DNA of 64,000 bases from Eledone cirrhosa (taxonomy: Eukaryota): assembly GCA_964016885.1 (NCBI GenBank), contig OZ024740.1, positions 180,172,001-180,236,000 on the forward strand. The letters run 5' to 3'. Both the position numbers and the translations under genes were made by a program. Under the pieces are notes generated by a model. That model searched no databases. It was given only the letters and a program-made list of their open reading frames with translations, and was not told the origin of the DNA. The first letter of the stretch is position 1; each line of letters opens with the position of its first letter. Positions 1 to 13,430 of the stretch are shown here, in pieces.

Positions 1-519
1 ATAATAAAAATAAAAAAATATATATGTAAAAAAATATATAGAGAATATATAAAGAAATATAAGCGAATATTTGGAGGGGAAAACACAATGTAAAAAAACC
101 GATTTTTTCAATTAAAAATTAAAATATTATAATTATGGGGAGAGAAAACGGGATAGAGAAATATCATCAAATGTGATTAGTTGAGAGAATATAAGATGAT
201 GATAGTTATGTCAAGTTTATACATCTTAATAATAAATAATCTGTGTATCAGATATATATATATATATAGCCACAGGGAAATGTATTTCTTAAATAATATC
301 AAGTAACAAGCATTGTTATTTGCAATATATACATCTTAAATATCATAAATAGAGCTTTCCACAAAGTCAGCGCACTATTTAAATAGAAAAGAAATAATTA
401 TGTTCGAGATAGGGAGTTACTATAGTTTGATACATTGTAATTACTATAATCCATAACCTTTAAGTATCTATCAGAAAGCAGTGTCCTAGAGCGATGTCTT
501 GTTATAATTGGGGAGTGTC

Positions 520-2290
520 ATATTTTAATAATATTTCCATAGTTAATTTATTTGGCAATCAATATTTATCACTGGCTGACCAACGGTTAGAAATACAGAT
601 TTAAATATATATATATGTAGTCTATCAAAGTTCTTTCGTTGCACATCTGCAACATCATCAGTGGTAGTATTATCATGTTCCCTCCTATTTTATTGTAATA
701 TTTATGCCATTTTTATTTTATTTATTTATTTATTCATTTATTTATTAATTTATTCTTGACCCCGTCTCTGCGCATGCATGTGTGTGTGTGTGTAATGTTT
801 CGTGTGTGTATTTTGGTTTTTCGTGTGTGTATGTATTTTGGTGTTGTATTAGTGTGTATTTATATGTGTTTGTTGTTATTGTACTTGTGTATATATTTAT
901 TATTTATTTATATTTCCCTTAAGTCGGTATTGTTCGTTTGGTTATGGTTGTTGTTGTTATTCCATTCATCTTTTTCTGTTTAATTTTGGTCTTCTAAGCT
1001 CTATTTCAGTTGCTGCCCTCTTTTGCCTACCTGTTGAGTCATTTCAATGTTTAGATATAATTTTAATTTCTATGTTGTCTATATTACCATCATGTCTTTT
1101 TCTGGCGTGCTTGTATAGTACTGAACCGTTTTTTATCCTTTTATTTCCCCCCAATGTTGGTCTATTCTTTCTCCTATGCTTCGGGCTGTCTCACCTATGT
1201 ATGACGTTGTCAAGTTTCTGCAGGTACCCTCTGTATATCTTATGCTATAGACACCATTTCTAGATTTACAGTTTATTTGGGGGTTCATTTTACATATAAC
1301 ACCTTTCGTATTTGTACAGTGGGTTTCCTTATAGGGGTATGTTGTGCTGATCAGGGATTTTATGTTAGTTCCTGGATTTTCTACCAGTTTAATCCTTATG
1401 TGGGTCTTTTTTAGGGCCTTTCTACACTGGTTAGCTAATTTCCCCCCAGGGTAGCATCCACGAACATGACACTCTTGTGTCTCTGGTTGTCGTACCATGA
1501 ATTGGCTTTCCCTAACTCATGTTTAGTCTTATCTAAGCTATTCTATGATCTGCTCCTGAGTAATGGACAAATTCCTTTCATGTCCATTTCTATGAGAATC
1601 TTATACTTCTATGTGGCTTCTTTGTATACTCTGATTCTGTCTCTTTGGTTGTAGCCAGAGAACTGCAGGTGGTTGAGAAAATGTTGGAAGTATCTTTCCA
1701 TTTCACGTTGGTCGCTCATGTGGGACACTTTCTTCATTACGCGTACTAAATCTGCGATCAGAATATTAAACTTAGCACTACTGGACATTGCTGTGTTTTT
1801 GAGTATCAAGTATTTGGAGGACATGGGTTTAGCATAGTATGAGTGGAGAAATTCGGCCCTCTCGTCTGTAGTGTTAATCCAGAGTGCTGTGTCTAATACT
1901 GGTAGTCTATTGTTAGGGCGTTTGGAAGGGTAGTCTACAGTTACAGTTATACTCTGGTGTATGGAGATAGTTATCTGCTGGATGCTTTCCATTGTGTTAT
2001 ATTCTAAATCATGTTCATTAGTACTCTCTTGTGGGGGTGTTCTTATTACTTTATTAATATCGTCTACGTAATGAGAGTACACGACCAAGTCTATGGAGCT
2101 CTCTTCAAGGAGTTCTTTGAGACTCCTTTCCCACCATACCAAAAATACATTGGCAACATTATTAGCTATGCTGACGCCAATAGCTGCTCCCTCATTTTGG
2201 GTGTAGATCTTTGCATTGAATTTAAACATATGGCCATTTAGGGTAGTTTTAATACTAGCTCCTATTGCATGAGCGACCATTTTTCTCACC
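520..2290 (-). mobile_element. Penelope-like retroelement, 5'-truncated and degenerate (RT C-terminal half, GIY-YIG endonuclease, 3' pLTR region)
   Basis: ORF 1609-2289 has RT motifs QNEGAAIG...VAN and YSHYVDD plus a thumb-like RLPVLD...YYAKP. ORF 1133-1498 has GIY-YIG motifs (NGVYSI...SYIGETARSIGERIDQH). The same family occurs at 58333-59465 on the + strand. Confidence 0.9.
622..667 (-). ncRNA. Minimal type I hammerhead ribozyme in PLE pLTR (imperfect stems I and III)
   Basis: Minus strand reads CTACCA-CTGATGA-T-GTTGCA-GATG-TGCAAC-GAAA-GAAC-TT-TGATAG. A paralog lies at about 59328-59373. Confidence 0.55.
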
Positions 2291-2713
2291 CACTACATTC
2301 CATTTCTAAGAACCCTCTTTTCCCGTATTTGTTATTTTATGCATATTTGTATATATTTTAAATTTATACACTGTACTGAAATAAATGATAACATAGAAAG
2401 AGATTATCCTTAGTTAGCTCAGTATATGGTACTACCCTTCACAGACATGACTCATCCATACAGAATGACTGGTAAGTCCAGGAGAGATTGTCCTTCATCA
2501 ACATCACCAATGGCTTGTGCACACATAAACATTTTACCATGAGGAATTTTGTCCCTTCATATGCACTCAAACGTACTGAGCAGTCATTGGATTTGCAAAG
2601 CTTCCAACTTTCTGATATGATTTTGCATATAGTAGAGTGACATTCGTATATTAAGGGTCAAGAAGATTCGGACTGGTAGTCACCTGAATACATAAGTGGC
2701 CAGTTTCGTTCTC

Positions 2714-2890
2714 GGATTGGCAGCATATTTAGAATGTCGGACGCCATGTTTGCAGCATGGAGTTACGGGCCTTTCAGTCTGAGTTCAAAATCCGCCGAGG
2801 TTAACTTTGTCTTTCATCCTTACGGGTTCGATAAAATAAAGTACCAGTAATGTACTGCGATAATTTATGGCCTTGTGCCAAAAAGAGAAA
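2714..2890 (+). mobile_element. tRNA-derived SINE with a central domain of the CTTTCATCCTT..GG.TCGATAAAATAAAGTACCAGT type
   Basis: B-box-like GAGTTCAAAATCC followed by the conserved core; several homologous copies in the window. Confidence 0.8.
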
Positions 2891-2948
2891 TTTTTAAGAT
2901 CCTCTTCCAAAGTTCGGCCACAAGTAATGTTCTTCTAAGAGAAAGAGC

Positions 2949-2949
<1 letters not shown>

Positions 2950-3010
<61 letters not shown>

Positions 3011-3025
3011 GAGAGAGAGAGAGAG
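2950..3025. repeat. (GA)n microsatellite
   Basis: Read directly from the sequence. Confidence 0.95.
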
Positions 3026-3443
3026 TAATAGAAATAGATTGAGAGAGATATTAGAAGTGAGAAATAGATATAATGTAAGAATCTATACCAGAACTTACTG
3101 ATATATTTAATATTGACTAGAAACGAATGAAAGGCGAATTGACCTTGATGAGATTTTAAATCAGAACGCAGTACATCGGAATGAACCGGGATAAATATTC
3201 AATCCAACATTCTAAAACTCAAGAATGACTTTCCGTATTAGAAGTTAGAGAGTTGGATTTGAAATCGTGAGGTTGCATTTTCAATTCTTGGACATAGTGA
3301 TGTGTTGTTTTCTTGAGCAAGTCACTTTATTTCATGTTAATCGTTCTGCCAGATTTGTGACCAGTATATAGATCAGTAATGAAAACACCAATGGAAACAA
3401 CCGATTTAGGTCTCGGATCTCGTTGATTGATCATATATATATA

Positions 3444-5163
3444 TAGAAATTGGAATAAATGCTCTGAAATAGCGATATATATGTGAATATAGACATAGAA
3501 TATTCGAAAATATTCTGTATGTTTATAATAAACATTTTGAAGACCTAATCGCTATAGAATAGAATACGTCACGTATTACAATTAGATTCTCGATAAAAGC
3601 AAGGGAAGTAATCTACGCGTTTCATTCTCGTTAGAAATCATCAGGACTACATATCCAGTGCTTTTATCGAGAATGACACAGCTAGAGACTTATAGAATAC
3701 TTAGCTGTGTACAGGAACTGGTTTGAAAGAGCGGTTGCCGGTCCGGCAGAAATTAGAAATTGGAATAAATGCTCTGAAATAGCGATATATATGTGAATAT
3801 AGACATAGAATATTCGAAAATATTCTGTATGTTTATAATAAACATTTTGAAGACCTAATCGCTATAGAATAGAATACGTCACGTATTACAATTAGATTCT
3901 CGATAAAAGCAAGGGAAGTAATCTACGCGTTTCATTCTCGTTAGAAATCATCAGGACTACATATCCAGTGCTTTTATCGAGAATGACACAGCTAGAGACT
4001 TATAGAATACTTAGCTGTGTACAGGAACTGGTTTGAAAGAGCGGTTGCCGGTCCGGCAGAAATTAGAAATTGGAATAAATGCTCTGAAATAGCGATATAT
4101 ATGTGAATATACACATAGAATATTCGAAAATATTCTGTATGTTTATAATAAACATTTTGAAGACCTAATCGCTATAGAATAGAATACGTCACGTATTACA
4201 ATTAGATTCTCGATAAAAGCAAGGGAAGTAATCTACGCGTTTCATTCTCGTTAGAAATCATCAGGACTACATATCCAGTGCTTTTATCGAGAATGACACA
4301 GCTAGAGACTTATAGAATACTTAGCTGTGTACAGGAACTGGTTTGAAAGAGCGGTTGCCGGTCCGGCAGAAATTAGAAATTGGAATAAATGCTCTGAAAT
4401 AGCGATATATATGTGAATATAGACATAGAATATTCGAAAATATTCTGTATGTTTATAATAAACATTTTGAAGACCTAATCGCTATAGAATAGAATACGTC
4501 ACGTATTACAATTAGATTCTCGATAAAAGCAAGGGAAGTAATCTACGCGTTTCATTCTCGTTAGAAATCATCAGGACTACATATCCAGTGCTTTTATCGA
4601 GAATGACACAGCTAGAGACTTATAGAATACTTAGCTGTGTACAGGAACTGGTTTGAAAGAGCGGTTGCCGGTCCGGCAGAAATTAGAAATTGGAATAAAT
4701 GCTCTGAAATAGCGATATATATGTGAATATAGACATAGAATATTCGAAAATATTCTGTATGTTTATAATAAACATTTTGAAGACCTAATCGCTATAGAAT
4801 AGAATACGTCACGTATTACAATTAGATTCTCGATAAAAGCAAGGGAAGTAATCTACGCGTTTCATTCTCGTTAGAAATCATCAGGACTACATATCCAGTG
4901 CTTTTATCGAGAATGACACAGCTAGAGACTTATAGAATACTTAGCTGTGTACAGGAACTGGTTTGAAAGAGCGGTTGCCGGTCCGGCAGAAATTAGAAAT
5001 TGGAATAAATGCTCTGAAATAGCGATATATATGTGAATATAGACATAGAATATTCGAAAATATTCTGTATGTTTATAATAAACATTTTGAAGACCTAATC
5101 GCTATAGAATAGAATACGTCACGTATTACAATTAGATTCTCGATAAAAGCAAGGGAAGTAATC
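3444..5163 (-). repeat. 310-bp hammerhead-containing tandem array, left arm (about 5.5 units, 5 complete HHRs)
   Basis: Exact 310-bp period (AAGGGAAGTA at 3601, 3911, 4221, 4531, 4841, 5151). The ribozyme sense strand is minus. Confidence 0.97.
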
Positions 5164-8100
5164 TATAGCGATTAGGTCTTCAAAATGTTTATTATAAACA
5201 TACAGAATATTTTCGAATATTCTATGTCTATATTCACATATATATCGCTATTTCAGAGCATTTATTCCAATTTCTAATTTCTGCCGGACCGGCAACCGCT
5301 CTTTCAAACCAGTTCCTGTACACAGCTAAGTATTCTATAAGTCTCTAGCTGTGTCATTCTCGATAAAAGCACTGGATATGTAGTCCTGATGATTTCTAAC
5401 GAGAATGAAACGCGTAGATTACTTCCCTTGCTTTTATCGAGAATCTAATTGTAATACGTGACGTATTCTATTCTATAGCGATTAGGTCTTCAAAATGTTT
5501 ATTATAAACATACAGAATATTTTCGAATATTCTATGTCTATATTCACATATATATCGCTATTTCAGAGCATTTATTCCAATTTCTAATTTCTGCCAGACC
5601 GGCAACCGCTCTTTCAAACCAGTTCCTGTACACAGCTAAGTATTCTATAAGTCTCTAGCTGTGTCATTCTCGATAAAAGCACTGGATATGTAGTCCTGAT
5701 GATTTCTAACGAGAATGAAACGCGTAGATTACTTCCCTTGCTTTTATCGAGAATCTAATTGTAATACGTGACGTATTCTATTCTATAGCGATTAGGTCTT
5801 CAAAATGTTTATTATAAACATACAGAATATTTTCGAATATTCTATGTCTATATTCACATATATATCGCTATTTCAGAGCATTTATTCCAATTTCTAATTT
5901 CTGCCGGACCGGCAACCGCTCTTTCAAACCAGTTCCTGTACACAGCTAAGTATTCTATAAGTCTCTAGCTGTGTCATTCTCGATAAAAGCACTGGATATG
6001 TAGTCCTGATGATTTCTAACGAGAATGAAACGCGTAGATTACTTCCCTTGCTTTTATCGAGAATCTAATTGTAATACGTGACGTATTCTATTCTATAGCG
6101 ATTAGGTCTTCAAAATGTTTATTATAAACATACAGAATATTTTCGAATATTCTATGTCTATATTCACATATATATCGCTATTTCAGAGCATTTATTCCAA
6201 TTTCTAATTTCTGCCGGACCGGCAACCGCTCTTTCAAACCAGTTCCTGTACACAGCTAAGTATTCTATAAGTCTCTAGCTGTGTCATTCTCGATAAAAGC
6301 ACTGGATATGTAGTCCTGATGATTTCTAACGAGAATGAAACGCGTAGATTACTTCCCTTGCTTTTATCGAGAATCTAATTGTAATACGTGACGTATTCTA
6401 TTCTATAGCGATTAGGTCTTCAAAATGTTTATTATAAACATACAGAATATTTTCGAATATTCTATGTCTATATTCACATATATATCGCTATTTCAGAGCA
6501 TTTATTCCAATTTCTAATTTCTGCCGGACCGGCAACCGCTCTTTCAAACCAGTTCCTGTACACAGCTAAGTATTCTATAAGTCTCTAGCTGTGTCATTCT
6601 CGATAAAAGCACTGGATATGTAGTCCTGATGATTTCTAACGAGAATGAAACGCGTAGATTACTTCCCTTGCTTTTATCGAGAATCTAATTGTAATACGTG
6701 ACGTATTCTATTCTATAGCGATTAGGTCTTCAAAATGTTTATTATAAACATACAGAATATTTTCGAATATTCTATGTCTATATTCACATATATATCGCTA
6801 TTTCAGAGCATTTATTCCAATTTCTAATTTCTGCCGGACCGGCAACCGCTCTTTCAAACCAGTTCCTGTACACAGCTAAGTATTCTATAAGTCTCTAGCT
6901 GTGTCATTCTCGATAAAAGCACTGGATATGTAGTCCTGATGATTTCTAACGAGAATGAAACGCGTAGATTACTTCCCTTGCTTTTATCGAGAATCTAATT
7001 GTAATACGTGACGTATTCTATTCTATAGCGATTAGGTCTTCAAAATGTTTATTATAAACATACAGAATATTTTCGAATATTCTATGTCTATATTCACATA
7101 TATATCGCTATTTCAGAGCATTTATTCCAATTTCTAATTTCTGCCGGACCGGCAACCGCTCTTTCAAACCAGTTCCTGTACACAGCTAAGTATTCTATAA
7201 GTCTCTAGCTGTGTCATTCTCGATAAAAGCACTGGATATGTAGTCCTGATGATTTCTAACGAGAATGAAACGCGTAGATTACTTCCCTTGCTTTTATCGA
7301 GAATCTAATTGTAATACGTGACGTATTCTATTCTATAGCGATTAGGTCTTCAAAATGTTTATTATAAACATACAGAATATTTTCGAATATTCTATGTCTA
7401 TATTCACATATATATCGCTATTTCAGAGCATTTATTCCAATTTCTAATTTCTGCCGGACCGGCAACCGCTCTTTCAAACCAGTTCCTGTACACAGCTAAG
7501 TATTCTATAAGTCTCTAGCTGTGTCATTCTCGATAAAAGCACTGGATATGTAGTCCTGATGATTTCTAACGAGAATGAAACGCGTAGATTACTTCCCTTG
7601 CTTTTATCGAGAATCTAATTGTAATACGTGACGTATTCTATTCTATAGCGATTAGGTCTTCAAAATGTTTATTATAAACATACAGAATATTTTCGAATAT
7701 TCTATGTCTATATTCACATATATATCGCTATTTCAGAGCATTTATTCCAATTTCTAATTTCTGCCGGACCGGCAACCGCTCTTTCAAACCAGTTCCTGTA
7801 CACAGCTAAGTATTCTATAAGTCTCTAGCTGTGTCATTCTCGATAAAAGCACTGGATATGTAGTCCTGATGATTTCTAACGAGAATGAAACGCGTAGATT
7901 ACTTCCCTTGCTTTTATCGAGAATCTAATTGTAATACGTGACGTATTCTATTCTATAGCGATTAGGTCTTCAAAATGTTTATTATAAACATACAGAATAT
8001 TTTCGAATATTCTATGTCTATATTCACATATATATCGCTATTTCAGAGCATTTATTCCAATTTCTAATTTCTGCCGGACCGGCAACCGCTCTTTCAAACC

Positions 8101-11100
8101 AGTTCCTGTACACAGCTAAGTATTCTATAAGTCTCTAGCTGTGTCATTCTCGATAAAAGCACTGGATATGTAGTCCTGATGATTTCTAACGAGAATGAAA
8201 CGCGTAGATTACTTCCCTTGCTTTTATCGAGAATCTAATTGTAATACGTGACGTATTCTATTCTATAGCGATTAGGTCTTCAAAATGTTTATTATAAACA
8301 TACAGAATATTTTCGAATATTCTATGTCTATATTCACATATATATCTCTATTTCAGAGCATTTATTCCAATTTCTAATTTCTGCCGGACCTGCAACCGCT
8401 CTTTCAAACCAGTTCCTGTACACAGCTAAGTATTCTATAAGTCTCTAGCTGTGTCATTCTCGATAAAAGCACTGGATATGTAGTCCTGATGATTTCTAAC
8501 GAGAATGAAACGCGTAGATTACTTCCCTTGCTTTTATCGAGAATCTAATTGTAATACGTGACGTATTCTATTCTATAGCGATTAGGTCTTCAAAATGTTT
8601 ATTATAAACATACAGAATATTTTCGAATATTCTATGTCTATATTCACATATATATCGCTATTTCAGAGCATTTATTCCAATTTCTAATTTCTGCCGGACC
8701 GACAACCGCTCTTTCAAACCAGTTCCTGTACACAGCTAAGTATTCTATAAGTCTCTAGCTGTGTCATTCTCGATAAAAGCACTGGATATGTAGTCCTGAT
8801 GATTTCTAACGAGAATGAAACGCGTAGATTACTTCCCTTGCTTTTATCGAGAATCTAATTGTAATACGTGACGTATTCTATTCTATAGCGATTAGGTCTT
8901 CAAAATGTTTATTATAAACATACAGAATATTTTCGAATATTCTATGTCTATATTCACATATATATCGCTATTTCAGAGCATTTATTCCAATTTCTAATTT
9001 CTGCCGGACCGGCAACCGCTCTTTCAAACCAGTTCCTGTACACAGCTAAGTATTCTATAAGTCTCTAGCTGTGTCATTCTCGATAAAAGCACTGGATATG
9101 TAGTCCTGATGATTTCTAACGAGAATGAAACGCGTAGATTACTTCCCTTGCTTTTATCGAGAATCTAATTGTAATACGTGACGTATTCTATTCTATAGCG
9201 ATTAGGTCTTCAAAATGTTTATTATAAACATACAGAATATTTTCGAATATTCTATGTCTATATTCACATATATATCGCTATTTCAGAGCATTTATTCCAA
9301 TTTCTAATTTCTGCCGGACCGGCAACCGCTCTTTCAAACCAGTTCCTGTACACAGCTAAGTATTCTATAAGTCTCTAGCTGTGTCATTCTCGATAAAAGC
9401 ACTGGATATGTAGTCCTGATGATTTCTAACGAGAATGAAACGCGTAGATTACTTCCCTTGCTTTTATCGAGAATCTAATTGTAATACGTGACGTATTCTA
9501 TTCTATAGCGATTAGGTCTTCAAAATGTTTATTATAAACATACAGAATATTTTCGAATATTCTATGTCTATATTCACATATATATCGCTATTTCAGAGCA
9601 TTTATTCCAATTTCTAATTTCTGCCGGACCGGCAACTGCTCTTTCAAACCAGTTCCTGTACACAGCTAAGTATTCTATAAGTCTCTAGCTGTGTCATTCT
9701 CGATAAAAGCACTGGATATGTAGTCCTGATGATTTCTAACGAGAATGAAACGCGTAGATTACTTCCCTTGCTTTTATCGAGAATCTAATTGTAATACGTG
9801 ACGTATTCTATTCTATAGCGATTAGGTCTTCAAAATGTTTATTATAAACATACAGAATATTTTCGAATATTCTATGTCTATATTCACATATATATCGCTA
9901 TTTCAGAGCATTTATTCCAATTTCTAATTTCTGCCGGACCGGCAACCGCTCTTTCAAACCAGTTCCTGTACACAGCTAAGTATTCTATAAGTCTCTAGCT
10001 GTGTCATTCTCGATAAAAGCACTGGATATGTAGTCCTGATGATTTCTAACGAGAATGAAACGCGTAGATTACTTCCCTTGCTTTTATCGAGAATCTAATT
10101 GTAATACGTGACGTATTCTATTCTATAGCGATTAGGTCTTCAAAATGTTTATTATAAACATACAGAATATTTTCGAATATTCTATGTCTATATTCACATA
10201 TATATCGCTATTTCAGAGCATTTATTCCAATTTCTAATTTCTGCCGGACCGGCAACCGCTCTTTCAAACCAGTTCCTGTACACAGCTAAGTATTCTATAA
10301 GTCTCTAGCTGTGTCATTCTCGATAAAAGCACTGGATATGTAGTCCTGATGATTTCTAACGAGAATGAAACGCGTAGATTACTTCCCTTGCTTTTATCGA
10401 GAATCTAATTGTAATACGTGACGTATTCTATTCTATAGCGATTAGGTCTTCAAAATGTTTATTATAAACATACAGAATATTTTCGAATATTCTATGTCTA
10501 TATTCACATATATATCGCTATTTCAGAGCATTTATTCCAATTTCTAATTTCTGCCGGACCGGCAACCGCTCTTTCAAACCAGTTCCTGTACACAGCTAAG
10601 TATTCTATAAGTCTCTAGCTGTGTCATTCTCGATAAAAGCACTGGATATGTAGTCCTGATGATTTCTAACGAGAATGAAACGCGTAGATTACTTCCCTTG
10701 CTTTTATCGAGAATCTAATTGTAATACGTGACGTATTCTATTCTATAGCGATTAGGTCTTCAAAATGTTTATTATAAACATACAGAATATTTTCGAATAT
10801 TCTATGTCTATATTCACATATATATCGCTATTTCAGAGCATTTATTCCAATTTCTAATTTCTGCCGGACCGGCAACCGCTCTTTCAAACCAGTTCCTGTA
10901 CACAGCTAAGTATTCTATAAGTCTCTAGCTGTGTCATTCTCGATAAAAGCACTGGATATGTAGTCCTGATGATTTCTAACGAGAATGAAACGCGTAGATT
11001 ACTTCCCTTGCTTTTATCGAGAATCTAATTGTAATACGTGACGTATTCTATTCTATAGCGATTAGGTCTTCAAAATGTTTATTATAAACATACAGAATAT

Positions 11101-11743
11101 TTTCGAATATTCTATGTCTATATTCACAATAATAATCGCTATTTCAGAGCATTTATTCCAATTTCTAATTTCTGCCGGACCGGCAACCGCTCTTTCAAAC
11201 CAGTTCCTGTACACAGCTAAGTATTCTATAAGTCTCTAGCTGTGTCATTCTCGATAAAAGCACTGGATATGTAGTCCTGATGATTTCTAACGAGAATGAA
11301 ACGCGTAGATTACTTCCCTTGCTTTTATCGAGAATCTAATTGTAATACGTGACGTATTCTATTCTATAGCGATTAGGTCTTCAAAATGTTTATTATAAAC
11401 ATACAGAATATTTTCGAATATTCTATGTCTATATTCACATATATATCGCTATTTCAGAGCATTTATTCCAATTTCTAATTTCTGCCGGACCGGCAACCGC
11501 TCTTTCAAACCAGTTCCTGTAGACAGCTAAGTATTCTATAAGTCTCTAGCTGTGTCATTCTCGATAAAAGCACTGGATATGTAGTCCTGATGATTTCTAA
11601 CGAGAATGAAACGCGTAGATTACTTCCCTTGCTTTTATCGAGAATCTAATTGTAATACGTGACGTATTCTATTCTATAGCGATTCGGTCTTCAAAATGTT
11701 TATTATAAACATACAGAATATTTTCGAATATTCTATGTCTATA

Positions 11744-11747
<4 letters not shown>
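5162..11747 (+). repeat. 310-bp hammerhead-containing tandem array, right arm (about 21.2 units, 21 complete HHRs); retrozyme-like
   Basis: GTAGTCCTGATGA recurs every 310 bp from 5380 to 11581, with one 1-bp gain near 11130 and only a few scattered substitutions. The arm runs into (TA)n at about 11748. Confidence 0.97.
5380..5422 (+). ncRNA. Minimal type I hammerhead ribozyme (representative copy of 26); predicted cleavage after GUA at 5416|5417
   Basis: Stem I GTAGTC/GATTAC, core CTGATGA, stem II TTCT-AACG-AGAA closed by a U.U mismatch, GAAA, palindromic stem III CGCG, then UA. The motif is enclosed by a perfect 16-bp inverted repeat (5356-5371 / 5429-5444). Confidence 0.92.
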
Positions 11748-11800
<53 letters not shown>

Positions 11801-12381
11801 TTAATACATTAACACAGAAAGCCATTAGCGATACTCCGACCAATTTCCAACTCGCCCAACAAACGTTAGGAAACACCTAAGTATATTCCCAATTACACCT
11901 TTGGGATGCTAACTATATTGTATTGTGTGAATAATCGGCTGTATTATTTTATATGAGACATAATAAAATAAATCTCATTACCCATACGATCGTTTCATTA
12001 TAAGATTTCTACAAGTAAAATCAATATTATATATAATGATTCTTTAAACTTGCAATTTTATATATAGCTCTGATTAATAATTATTTGCTTAATTAATTTT
12101 TTTTCATTGAGCCACACCGTGAAAAGTAGCTACACTGCGACTATATCTAAATATATGTCTAAATATATTCATATATCCCTATGAATTTCATATATACTCC
12201 CGTACGGTAGAGTAACACTTTAGGCAGTATCTGGCTGCGCTTTCTAACAGCCAAACTACTCGCCGCCTGGCCACCATTCCCACCCTTCTAATTTGACCAC
12301 TAGCCACGTGATGATTCTTAATCATTTTTAAATTCAGTTCTAGCGGTGATCACTGTAGAAATGTTAGTCCAAACTTGATGA

Positions 12382-12460
12382 GTCTCTTGATGAGTCTCAT
12401 GGATAATTCCAGAATCGGATATATCCACAAAGAACGAGCGAAACTGTCGATAGTCGGGAC
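12382..12460 (+). ncRNA. Degenerate type I hammerhead (U3.G8 core)
   Basis: GTCTC-TTGATGA-GTCTC...GAGC-GAAA-CTGTCGATAG-TC-GGGAC, with near-palindromic stem III and a 12-bp local duplication upstream. Confidence 0.55.
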
Positions 12461-12591
12461 TAGAGGAATTTTGGTAAAGTTTATATGCATATTTTCTTCT
12501 AACTTATATTTTAGACATAGCTCCGTTTAGTTGATTATTTATATAGTTAATTTCTACGGGCTAAAAGGAATGACTAAATGAATTTAATCAA

Positions 12592-12733
12592 TACTCAATA
12601 CTGAGTGTAGTAGAGTGGGTAATAGGAAATTGTTCAAGATCCCGACGGCAGAGCTCAAGCCGTTACGACTGCCATTTCTGGACTCAGAAATAGCTGTCGA
12701 AACGGATTGAGCACTGCCGTCGGGGTCTTGAAC

Positions 12734-12738
<5 letters not shown>
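12592..12738. repeat. Fold-back (head-to-head) fragment of Naiad-type PLE pLTR containing the 3' half of its hammerhead
   Basis: Imperfect hairpin 12626-12738 with arms of about 55 bp. The right arm GTCGAAACGGATTGAGCACTGCCGTCGGGG matches 59983-60010 and 63098-63127. Confidence 0.8.
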
Positions 12739-12810
<72 letters not shown>

Positions 12811-13085
12811 ATGTGTGTGTGTGTGTGTCTGTGTGTGTGTATGTGTGTGTATGTTAACTTACTGGTGTACTACTTACAACACTCCAATCAATAAACAATG
12901 GTGTAGTAATTACGGAGCATTCAATGACGTATGTATCCTCTCTATTTTGATATAGTAGTTCATGATGGAGTATACGCACAATAATGATGCACTTGTAGTA
13001 GCAACATTTCCATTATTCATTCTACTATGTAATTCATTGTAATACGTATTTCCGCAATTCTATAATCACCTAATTACTAACATAA

Positions 13086-13199
<114 letters not shown>

Positions 13200-13430
13200 A
13201 ATCTAGCTGTCGTCTGTTCTACGGCGTAGATGTAATTCACTTCGCGCAGAAGTGTTGTCCAAATTTATTGCGGAAATTTTGTAAGTTCAATTTTAATTTT
13301 GATACTATTGTGTAACTTGACCCCCCGTCTGAACTGTCAGGCGGTGGGTCAGCTCATCTTTGCCCCTCCCAGGGGTGAAAACCTGTTTTTTAAAATTTTG
13401 TGGCATAAAAATTTCAATCTTCTGAGAGAA

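Noticed and set aside
2430-2615. Possible Cys-containing host exon remnants on the minus strand (shares ACTACCCTTCA with about 21692)
   Set aside because: No consistent open frame or recognisable domain, and the shared motif is too short.
3444-11747. CRISPR array or coding repeat
   Set aside because: Units are identical along their whole length with no unique spacers, there are no cas genes, the context is eukaryotic, and the ORF track shows no ORF in the array.
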